Origin: Herbinix sp.
Lineage (GTDB): Bacteria; Bacillota; Clostridia; Lachnospirales; Lachnospiraceae
Length of the DNA stretch: 64,000 nt
NCBI GenBank assembly: GCA_029256105.1
Contig: JAQSYO010000013.1
Location: 16,023-80,022 of the forward strand
Reading direction: 5' to 3'
The translations under genes and the position numbers were made by a program. Of the stretch, positions 40,199 through 50,233 are shown piece after piece; positions within the stretch are counted from its first letter, which is position 1; each line of letters starts with the position of its first letter. Under the pieces are notes generated by a model, which ran no database searches, was not told the DNA's origin, and saw only the letters and a program-made list of their open reading frames with translations.

Positions 40199-41266
40199 AT
40201 GCTTGATATTAAAATTGAGAAGACGAAAACCCCAAAGGTATTACCAGGAGCAGAGGATCCTTTGAAATTTGGAACCATTTTTACGGATCATATGTTTGTC
40301 ATGAACTATGAGACAGGAAAAGGTTGGTTTGACCCTCGAGTGATACCGTATCAGCCACTCAATTTGGAACCTTCTGCTATGGTATTCCATTATGGTCAGG
40401 AAATGTTTGAAGGCTTAAAAGCATATAAAACGGATGAGGGCAAGATCTTATTATTCCGTCCTGGTAAAAATATTGAAAGAGCGAATAAAACGAATCGCAG
40501 AATCTGTATCCCGGAAATACCGGAGGAGGATTTTCTGCAAGCGATAAAAGCAGTAGTAAAAGTAGATGAAGCATGGATACCGACGAAAGAGGGAACTTCT
40601 CTTTACATCAGACCCTTCATTATTGCAACCGACCCATTTCTAGGTGTTAGACCCTCCGACAGTTATTCCTTCCTGATCATTCTTTCACCGGTTGGAGCAT
40701 ATTATCCGGAAGGACTAAATCCAGTTAAAATTTGGATTGAGGATGAATTTGTTAGAGCTGTAAAAGGTGGCATTGGTGAAGCTAAGACGGGAGCGAATTA
40801 TGTGGCTTCAATGAAATCTCAAGTGAAAGCTCATGAAGAAGGATATTCTCAAGTATTATGGTTAGATGGAGTTCATAGAAAATATATTGAAGAGGTTGGT
40901 GCTATGAATATCTTCTTCAAAATTGGCGGATCGGTCATAACTCCAGAATTAAATGGTAGTATTTTGCCGGGTGTGACAAGAGATTCCGTACTTGGCCTTT
41001 GTAGAGAATGGGGTTTACCGACAGAAGAACGCAAAATATCAATTGATGAAATATACGATGCATATCAAAATGGTACCTTAGAAGAGGTGTGGGGAACCGG
41101 AACTGCAGCAGTGGTATCACCGGTAGGCCAGCTTCGTTGGGAAGATAGGATTATGCAGGTACAAGATGGTGGTATCGGAGCAATAAGTCAGAAACTATAT
41201 GATACTATTACAGGAATTCAATTAGGAAGAATAAATGATAACCATAACTGGACTGTAGAAGTTTAA
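40199..41266 (+). CDS. ilvE: Branched-chain amino acid aminotransferase
   Basis: FHYGQEMFEGLKAY, LYIRP, AKTGANY, EEVGAMN, ILPGVTR, GTAAVVSP; TTGAAA-17-TACTAT promoter at 40092-40120. Confidence 0.95.
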   Translation: MLDIKIEKTKTPKVLPGAEDPLKFGTIFTDHMFVMNYETGKGWFDPRVIPYQPLNLEPSAMVFHYGQEMFEGLKAYKTDEGKILLFRPGKNIERANKTNRRICIPEIPEEDFLQAIKAVVKVDEAWIPTKEGTSLYIRPFIIATDPFLGVRPSDSYSFLIILSPVGAYYPEGLNPVKIWIEDEFVRAVKGGIGEAKTGANYVASMKSQVKAHEEGYSQVLWLDGVHRKYIEEVGAMNIFFKIGGSVITPELNGSILPGVTRDSVLGLCREWGLPTEERKISIDEIYDAYQNGTLEEVWGTGTAAVVSPVGQLRWEDRIMQVQDGGIGAISQKLYDTITGIQLGRINDNHNWTVEV

Positions 41267-41277
41267 GGAGGTATAGA

Positions 41278-41775
41278 ATGAATCAGTTGTATGCAGAGGC
41301 AGGTGTAAAGAGAAAGGATAACATGACAATATTGGGTCTTCGGACACTTATGATTGTTGGAATTGTTGTGGGAATCTTACTCATGCTTTTAGGGGGAGTA
41401 TTTGGTATTGGTGGCGTAGTAATTATAGTAGTTCTGGTTTTTCTTTTTCCAAAGTTGAATGTGGAATATGAATATGTATTTGTAGATGGTCAGCTTGATT
41501 TTGATAGAATTACCGGGAAAGCAAAACGTAAGACAATTTTACGTGTTGATATGGAACAGATGGAAATTGTTGCACCAGAAGGCTCTCATGCCCTGGATGG
41601 TTATACTTATGTTCAATATGAGAAGAAGGACTTCTCTTCAGGAGACAAGACAAGTAAGCCATATATTATAATCGCAAGTGTAGAAGATAAGAAATATCGT
41701 ATTACTTTTGAACCAACGGAAAAAATGATCACTATGATGAGACAGAAAAGTCCAAGAAAAATTGCTCAATATTAA
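41278..41775 (+). CDS. Conserved membrane protein (DUF6106-like)
   Basis: Two N-terminal TMs, VEYEYVFVDGQLDFDRI..KRK motif; RBS AAGGAGG. Confidence 0.7.
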   Translation: MNQLYAEAGVKRKDNMTILGLRTLMIVGIVVGILLMLLGGVFGIGGVVIIVVLVFLFPKLNVEYEYVFVDGQLDFDRITGKAKRKTILRVDMEQMEIVAPEGSHALDGYTYVQYEKKDFSSGDKTSKPYIIIASVEDKKYRITFEPTEKMITMMRQKSPRKIAQY

Positions 41776-41927
41776 ATAAATAATAATAGGATCAAGTAGA
41801 GGGTGTATCAAATGGTGCATATAATATGGCTGTTTGAAACATCCTCTTTGAATACGGGAATAAAATGGAGGACATAGTCAGTTTTTTTATATCCGTATAG
41901 AAGTAACTTAATTTGCATTTTTCATGG

Positions 41928-41956
41928 TTGACAATACAAGGAATATTCGTTATACT
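41928..41956 (+). promoter_or_regulatory. Sigma-A promoter of guaB
   Basis: TTGACA-17 bp-TATACT. Confidence 0.7.
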
Positions 41957-41981
41957 TTTAAAAATCTAATTTTATTAATAA

Positions 41982-43460
<1,479 letters not shown>

Positions 43461-43490
43461 TTTAATTTGATAGGAATTTCAAATATAATT

Positions 43491-43549
43491 AATATGCTCT
43501 TCTTGTAAATAACAGTGAAAATAGACTGTTTCTATCAGGGGAGCATATT
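43491..43549. repeat. Hairpin resembling an IS3-family end remnant, probable guaB terminator
   Basis: AATATGCTCTTCTTG..AACAGT..ACTGTT..CAGGGGAGCATATT. Confidence 0.55.
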
Positions 43550-43883
43550 TTATTGACTTAGTATCGTATATAAGTTGATAATATATATGATCGTGTGTAT
43601 TCTGCGATATGAAATAAAAGACTGTGCTTATATAGTGAAAGCTTTTAAACATAATTTCATTATGGTAAATAGGTCTATATTACCTATTTTATTTCATTTT
43701 TAATTGACATTCCCTTCACAAATAAATACAATTATAAAGGTATGAAATTATCAAATAAACATAGGGAGTATATAAAATCAGTGGTGAGTTTTGCTTATTG
43801 CCGAAGGGCGGTATAATTGTAAAATGAATAGCAAAAGTCACAGTTATTTTAGTAAATGAAATAACTTTGAGATAGGTGTAAAA

Positions 43884-44591
43884 ATGAGAAAAAGACTAAC
43901 AAGAGAAGAGTGGCACAGAAGAAAAAGACTCAAAAGAACTGTTTTGATGACGACCGTAATTATACTAATGATAGTTATCATTGTATTTTCAATATATTTC
44001 ATCAGCAATATTCTATATGGCAATTTTGGTTCCAACAATGTTGGAAAGGAAGAAATTATGGTGACTTTGCCTAATGGGACTGAAATCCAAAATCGATTTC
44101 TTACACCAAATCCTTATTCAAGGCCACAGACGCAATTAAAAAGAATTAATGGAGTTGTAATCCACTATACGGCTAATCCCGGATCCACTGCAGATAATAA
44201 TCGAAGTTATTTTGAGGGCTTGGCTACCAAGAAGACAACCTCTGCCAGCAGTCACTATATCATTGGTTTGGAAGGAGAAATTCTTCAATGCATCCCTTTG
44301 AATGAAGTTTCCTATGCCTCGAATGAACGAAATGACGATACGATAGCAATTGAATGCTGTCATATGGATGAAACGGGAATTTTTAATGCTGAGACGTATG
44401 CTTCTTTAGTTTCACTTACTGCTGCGCTGTGTGTAGAATTTGATTTGAAGAAAAAGGATATAATCCGGCATTATGATATAACAGGGAAACTCTGCCCACT
44501 TTATTTTGTGGAACATGAGGATGCTTGGGAGGCATTTAAAGAGGATGTTATGCTGAAAGTAGGCCTAATAAAGGAGAATGCAAAGGGATAG
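43884..44591 (+). CDS. Membrane-anchored N-acetylmuramoyl-L-alanine amidase (Amidase_2)
   Basis: TM anchor, VVIHYTAN, ASSHY, IAIECC, RHYDITGKLCP. Confidence 0.9.
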   Translation: MRKRLTREEWHRRKRLKRTVLMTTVIILMIVIIVFSIYFISNILYGNFGSNNVGKEEIMVTLPNGTEIQNRFLTPNPYSRPQTQLKRINGVVIHYTANPGSTADNNRSYFEGLATKKTTSASSHYIIGLEGEILQCIPLNEVSYASNERNDDTIAIECCHMDETGIFNAETYASLVSLTAALCVEFDLKKKDIIRHYDITGKLCPLYFVEHEDAWEAFKEDVMLKVGLIKENAKG

Positions 44592-44735
44592 AGAAGAATT
44601 CATATTATAGTTATAATAACCAAATTAATACGAGGCTGTTTTATAAAGTAATGTCTTTACTATGAATGGAAACATAGTAGAGATAGAACCTTATATAACA
44701 GCCTCGTTTATCTTTATTAAACTATAAAGAACTTT

Positions 44736-45215
44736 TTAAAGAGAAATCACGATATCTTTTTCAATCGGAACATACTGCCTGTACTTCACTCCAGAGGCAT
44801 TCAACATACGCTTCGCTGCAACTACAGAATCTGAGGTAGCATATTTGTCACTTCTGTAGATAATCTCAGAGATACCTTTTTGAATAATAGCCTTGGTGCA
44901 TTCATTGCAGGGGAACAAGGTAGTATATATTTTTGCACCTTTCATATGAGTTCCGGTGTAATTAAGGATTGCATTGAATTCGGCATGACATACATAAAAA
45001 TACTTGGTGTCCAGATTATCGCCTTCTCGCTCCCAGGGGAAATCATCATCAGAACAGCCAATTGGCATTCCATTATAACCTACTGAGAGTATTTTGTTGT
45101 CCTCGCTTACGATACAGGCACCCACACTGGTGCTGGGATCCTTACTGCGTTCCGTTGAAAGAAGCGCGATACCCATAAAGTATTCATCCCATTTTAAATA
45201 GTCCTGCTTTTTCAT
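44736..45215 (-). CDS. dCMP deaminase
   Basis: WDEYFM, RSKDP, VGYNG, CHAEFNA, PCNEC; ATG 45215 after GAAAGGAAG. Confidence 0.93.
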   Translation of the reverse strand: MKKQDYLKWDEYFMGIALLSTERSKDPSTSVGACIVSEDNKILSVGYNGMPIGCSDDDFPWEREGDNLDTKYFYVCHAEFNAILNYTGTHMKGAKIYTTLFPCNECTKAIIQKGISEIIYRSDKYATSDSVVAAKRMLNASGVKYRQYVPIEKDIVISL

Positions 45216-45375
45216 ATGTAGCTTCCTTTCTACTAAAATGTAAATAAAATGCCTCTTTTGAAACTTAATTAAATGGCCATATATTAACAATAATAGTATC
45301 TTAACATGAAATGTCAGCACTTGCAACTATCTAGAAAGCGTATACTGCAAAATGCAAGCATTTTGCAGTCATGAA

Positions 45376-46803
45376 TTAATACTTACTTCCTGCTATTTGT
45401 ACCTTTATAATATTGGTGGTACCTGAGATGCCCAAAGGCACACCTGCGGTCAATACGGCAAGTTCTCCATCTGCTAGATAGCCTGCATCCTCAACAGCCT
45501 GTATTGCATGGTCAAATAATTCAAAGGTATCATGTTCTACAGCGATAAGAAGAGGGGTAACACCCCAAGCCATATTTAATTGTCTGCAAACGACAGGATC
45601 TGTTGTGCAACCAAGAATTTGGCAAGCCGGACGATAACGTGAAACCATACGGGCTGTTTTTCCTGAGGTTGTAACGGTAAGGATCATTTTTGCATTTAAA
45701 TCGTGTGCAGTTGTTACGGTTGCACGGGAGATAGCGTCCGTTATATCAGGACATTGGCATACATCCTGCAGACGGAAACGTTTTTTATAATCAATGTCCT
45801 CTTCAGCACGTATCGCAATCTTAATCATTGTTTTAAGTGATTCAACAGGATATTTTCCTGCAGCGGTCTCACCAGATAACATAATAGCACTCGTTCCATC
45901 GTAGATCGCATTCGCTACGTCTGTAGTCTCCGCTCTGGTTGGTCTCGGATTCTTCATCATGGAATCTAACATTTGCGTTGCAGTGATTACTTGTTTACCG
46001 CTATTATATACTTTTTTGATAATCATTTTTTGGATAACAGGTACTTCTTCATAAGGAATCTCAACACCCATATCACCGCGGGCTATCATAATACCATCCG
46101 CAGCTTCAATTATTTCATCAATGTGCTCTACACCATGTAAATTCTCGATTTTTGCAATTATTTTTGTTTGGGAATTATGTTTAATTAGCATCTTGCGGAT
46201 TTCTTTGACGTCTTCTGCAGTTCTAACGAATGATGCAGCAATGAAATCATAATGATGTGTTATTGCAAATAAAATATCATCGCGGTCTTTATCACTAACA
46301 AAAGGCATGGACAAATGAACGCCAGGAACATTTACACCCTTGTTATTTGAAATGACACCATTATTTTTTACTTCACAAATGATATCAGTAGCAGTGATTT
46401 CCGTTACGGTCATTTCAACTAAGCCGTCGTCAATCAGGATTGTAGTACCTACTTCTATATCATAGATTAAGTTTGGATAGCTGATGGAAACCTGAGTCTC
46501 ATCGCCTTCCACAGGGCGGGATGTTAAAGTGAAGGTCTGTCCCTCAACCAACTGAACTTTTTGATTATCTTTAAAAGTACAGATGCGGATTTCAGGACCC
46601 TTTGTATCCAATAGAGTAGCAATCGGAAGATTAAGTTCTTTCCGATATTGCTCTATTTTGGTCAATCTTCCAAGATGTTCCTCATGATCGGCATGTGAGA
46701 AGTTAAAACGGGCAACATCCATTCCCGCAATAATTAACTCTTTTAAAACGTTATCTTTATCGGTGGAAGGTCCTAGGGTACAAATGATTTTAGTTTTTCT
46801 CAT
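45376..46803 (-). CDS. pyk: Pyruvate kinase
   Basis: RKTKIICTLGP, DTKGPEIR, IIAKIEN, ARGDMG, ATQMLDSM, MLSGETA. Confidence 0.97.
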   Translation of the reverse strand: MRKTKIICTLGPSTDKDNVLKELIIAGMDVARFNFSHADHEEHLGRLTKIEQYRKELNLPIATLLDTKGPEIRICTFKDNQKVQLVEGQTFTLTSRPVEGDETQVSISYPNLIYDIEVGTTILIDDGLVEMTVTEITATDIICEVKNNGVISNNKGVNVPGVHLSMPFVSDKDRDDILFAITHHYDFIAASFVRTAEDVKEIRKMLIKHNSQTKIIAKIENLHGVEHIDEIIEAADGIMIARGDMGVEIPYEEVPVIQKMIIKKVYNSGKQVITATQMLDSMMKNPRPTRAETTDVANAIYDGTSAIMLSGETAAGKYPVESLKTMIKIAIRAEEDIDYKKRFRLQDVCQCPDITDAISRATVTTAHDLNAKMILTVTTSGKTARMVSRYRPACQILGCTTDPVVCRQLNMAWGVTPLLIAVEHDTFELFDHAIQAVEDAGYLADGELAVLTAGVPLGISGTTNIIKVQIAGSKY

Positions 46804-46963
46804 ACTTATTACTCCTTTAATGTAAATGAACAATAGAAAATATAAAAATTTTAATTAGTGGATCTTATAATTTATGATAAGTGAAAGGGTGTTCCTATTC
46901 ATCTTATATACAAACACATCATAACAATTATCGACGAAAAGATAAAGTAATATTCTTGTAAAA

Positions 46964-47635
46964 TTAGAGTTTCAACCCCTTATTTCTGCGATACTTAATA
47001 CTTAAACGACGTTTCTTCCAAAAATATACTGAAATAAACAGAATGCTGAACAATAAAACAATAAGGATAATTAACAATGCACAATGTAGGAAAAAAGCAT
47101 CCGGAAGTATTGTAATAACCGGATCTGTCGATGGATCGAAGAGCCAATAATCATTTTTGAAAAATATCTTATGAAATATAACAAAGGCTCTATCAAAGTC
47201 TAAAAACAGGAAAAAACCAAGCAGTGATGGCAAGATAATTGCCGTGATTGCTGATACAAGTAAATAACTGAAATCGTTCTTCTTGCTTTTTTGTATAATT
47301 ATTATAATTCCTAAGATTAATGTAATGGCACCTAGAACATAGAAACTAGTAAAAATATTCTTAACTTCGATAAAATGCTGAAGACCACTCGCAGAAGCAG
47401 CTAAAGTAGGAAATACGAGTGCTTCTTTAAAGAATGGAGAGGAATAATCAATCAACGCATTATAATTTTCCAAAATAACATTTTTTGAAAAACCGGAGTC
47501 CGCTTCTATATTTAAAAGATTAATATCCATATAATATAAGGGCCTAAAATTGATGGTAATCACAACAGCCAGTGAGATAAAAAGCAGGGTGAAAATAATC
47601 CCTATCAACAAATCTGTAATTTTAAACCGTTTCAT
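46964..47635 (-). CDS. Integral membrane protein (TIGR01906-like)
   Basis: HFIEVK, FVIFHKIFF.NDYWLFDP.TDPVITILP motif; ATG 47635 after GGAGG. Confidence 0.8.
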   Translation of the reverse strand: MKRFKITDLLIGIIFTLLFISLAVVITINFRPLYYMDINLLNIEADSGFSKNVILENYNALIDYSSPFFKEALVFPTLAASASGLQHFIEVKNIFTSFYVLGAITLILGIIIIIQKSKKNDFSYLLVSAITAIILPSLLGFFLFLDFDRAFVIFHKIFFKNDYWLFDPSTDPVITILPDAFFLHCALLIILIVLLFSILFISVYFWKKRRLSIKYRRNKGLKL

Positions 47636-47912
47636 ATTTACCTCCATTTGCTTACTTTGTAAATGATACATATAAGTTCCTAACGAATTATAGTATAATT
47701 TCCATATGATTGCAACATCAATATCATGAAGTAATGTCATTATTATATATTAGAAATAACAATAAGATACATTAGTATATATGAATTGTAATCATTTCTT
47801 TATTAGTGTAAAATTTTCTTATAATTTAATAATAAAGATAATCGAATGAAAAGATAACTATAAAAAAAGATAATCGTAATAAAAAGATACAAGAATGAAA
47901 AGGAGAGAGAGC

Positions 47913-49466
47913 ATGAGAGCTTTAATCAGCGTATCGGACAAAACAGGGATTGTAGACTTTGCCAGAGAATTGGTTTCCTTAGGAATTGAGATTATTTCCA
48001 CCGGAGGAACCTACGGTAAATTAAAGGAATCAGGAGTTCCGGCAATTGAGATTTCAGAGCTTACCGGTTTTCCGGAATGCCTGGATGGTCGAGTTAAGAC
48101 ACTTCATCCTACGGTACATGCAGGTTTACTTGCAATGAGAAGCAATCCTTCCCATATGAAACAATTAGCAGACTTAAATATTGAGACAATTGATGTTGTT
48201 ATCGTTAATTTATATCCTTTTAAGGCAACCATTTTAAAAGATAATGTAACTCGTGGAGAGGCAGTTGAGAATATTGATATCGGCGGTCCGACCATGCTTC
48301 GTTCCGCAGCCAAAAATTATCAGGATGTTGCTGTAGTAGTTGACCCGAGGGATTATGAGAAGGTATTATCCGAATTAAAAGAGAACAAAGCGGTATCGCT
48401 GGATACGAAGTTTTACCTGATGCAGAAAGTATTTATGCATACCTCTTCCTATGACACGATGATCGCAGATTATTTAAAGAAACAGAGAAATGATAAAGCA
48501 CTTCCGGAGACTTTAACCATGACATTTGAAAAGGTACAGGATATGAGGTATGGTGAGAATCCCCATCAGTCCGCAGCCTTCTACCGTGAAATTGGTAAGA
48601 AGAAGGGATCCATCACCGATGCTGTTCAGTTAAATGGTAAGGAATTATCCTTCAATAATATCAATGATACCAATGGTGCGTTGGAGTTGTTAAAGGAATT
48701 CACTGAACCAACCGTTGTAGCTTGTAAACATGGTAATCCTTGCGGTGTTGGTAGTGCAGATAATATATATGATGCCTGGAAGAAGGCCTTTGAGGCAGAT
48801 AAGACCTCCATCTTCGGTGGTATCGTTGTAATAAACCGTGAAGTAACCTTGGCAATGGCGGACGAAATGAAGAATATCTTTCTGGAGGTTGTGGTTGCGC
48901 CTTCTTATGAAAAAGAAGCACTGGAAGTGTTAACAATTAAGAAGAATATCAGAGTGCTGCAGTTAGCGGATATCGAAGTACCTCAGGATGAAAATGCATA
49001 TGACTTAAAGAAAGTAAACGGTGGTTTGATTGTTCAGACGATTGATAGCAAGATATATAATGAAGAAGAGCTAAAAGTTGTAACCGACCGTGCTCCTTCC
49101 GCAAAAGAACTGGAAGATCTTAAGTTTGCGTGGCGTGTTGTGAAGTTCGTAAAGTCCAATGGTATTGCCTTAGCGAAAGATAAGCAATCCATCGGAATTG
49201 GACCGGGACAAGTAAACCGTATCTGGCCAACCAAGCAATCCATTGAGCACGCAGTGGAGCTACTCGGTGAGGGAGTAACTGAGGGGGCTGTACTTGCATC
49301 CGATGCTTTCTTTCCCTTTGATGATTGCGTAGAGGCTGCACATCAGGCAGGAATAACAGCGATTATCCAACCAGGTGGTGCAGGCAGGGACGAAGACTCC
49401 ATTCATAAATGTAATGAATATGGGATTGCGATGATCTTTACGGGAATGAGACATTTTAAACATTAA
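47913..49466 (+). CDS. purH: Bifunctional AICAR transformylase/IMP cyclohydrolase
   Basis: [51 protein letters not shown]. Confidence 0.97.
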   Translation: MRALISVSDKTGIVDFARELVSLGIEIISTGGTYGKLKESGVPAIEISELTGFPECLDGRVKTLHPTVHAGLLAMRSNPSHMKQLADLNIETIDVVIVNLYPFKATILKDNVTRGEAVENIDIGGPTMLRSAAKNYQDVAVVVDPRDYEKVLSELKENKAVSLDTKFYLMQKVFMHTSSYDTMIADYLKKQRNDKALPETLTMTFEKVQDMRYGENPHQSAAFYREIGKKKGSITDAVQLNGKELSFNNINDTNGALELLKEFTEPTVVACKHGNPCGVGSADNIYDAWKKAFEADKTSIFGGIVVINREVTLAMADEMKNIFLEVVVAPSYEKEALEVLTIKKNIRVLQLADIEVPQDENAYDLKKVNGGLIVQTIDSKIYNEEELKVVTDRAPSAKELEDLKFAWRVVKFVKSNGIALAKDKQSIGIGPGQVNRIWPTKQSIEHAVELLGEGVTEGAVLASDAFFPFDDCVEAAHQAGITAIIQPGGAGRDEDSIHKCNEYGIAMIFTGMRHFKH

Positions 49467-49513
49467 TAAGGACTTTAAAGATTAGAATAATTTATCTACA
49501 GAAGTAATTTAAA

Positions 49514-49556
49514 AGGGATGAAAAATTGATAAATCAATTTCTCATCCCTACTTTTT
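49514..49556. terminator. Terminator between convergent purH and csp
   Basis: AGGGATGAAAAATTGAT-AA-ATCAATTTCTCATCCCT. Confidence 0.7.
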
Positions 49557-49629
49557 TATGTATGCTACATCCTATGACAACTTCGAATAAAGTTACCTAT
49601 ATATAAAATTTACTTTAAGTCGTTGCTGA

Positions 49630-49830
49630 TTATAATCTGGTTACGTTTGCAGCCTGCGGTCCCTTATCGCCCTTAACAACTTCAAACTGAACCTTCTCGC
49701 CTTCTTCAAGAACTTTAAATCCGTCCATCTGAAGTGCTGAAAAATGTACAAATACATCGTTTCCTTCTTCGTCAGAAATAAAACCAAAACCCTTTTTAGC
49801 ATTAAACCATTTTACTGTTCCCGTTTTCAT
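49630..49830 (-). CDS. Cold-shock protein (CspA family)
   Basis: GTVKWFN, KGFGFI, DVFVHFS, GPQAANV. Confidence 0.96.
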   Translation of the reverse strand: MKTGTVKWFNAKKGFGFISDEEGNDVFVHFSALQMDGFKVLEEGEKVQFEVVKGDKGPQAANVTRL

Positions 49831-50233
49831 AAAAAGCCTCCTAAAAACATAATTAAAATTGCATTACCACTATTAGTAATGATAGTATAAATTTAACATA
49901 AATCGTTATAATTGTCAAATAAGTTATGCTATATTATGGTACAAACTCGTATACTTATGAACGAGATTCAAGGCGCATAATGTGCCTCTTTTATCGAAAG
50001 TTATCCTGTAACCTCCATTAAGTTCTAGGATATGATATTTTCTATAAAAATTTACCCTTGTGTTTAATAAATTTAAGAAATATTATTCACAAGGTAAGAA
50101 ATGACAAATCAATATTTTTATGTTATTATGAATAAGCACATACTATAAATTACCATACTTATTCATATAATAGCGAAGCGAGGACAAAGTCTGAGTTCGT
50201 TGTGTAAGATATAAATGGATGGAGGTTAATATC

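Noticed and set aside
49944-50010. Purine riboswitch (CTCGTATA start)
   Set aside because: Lacks the ATATGG, GTTTCTAC and CCGTAAA core elements
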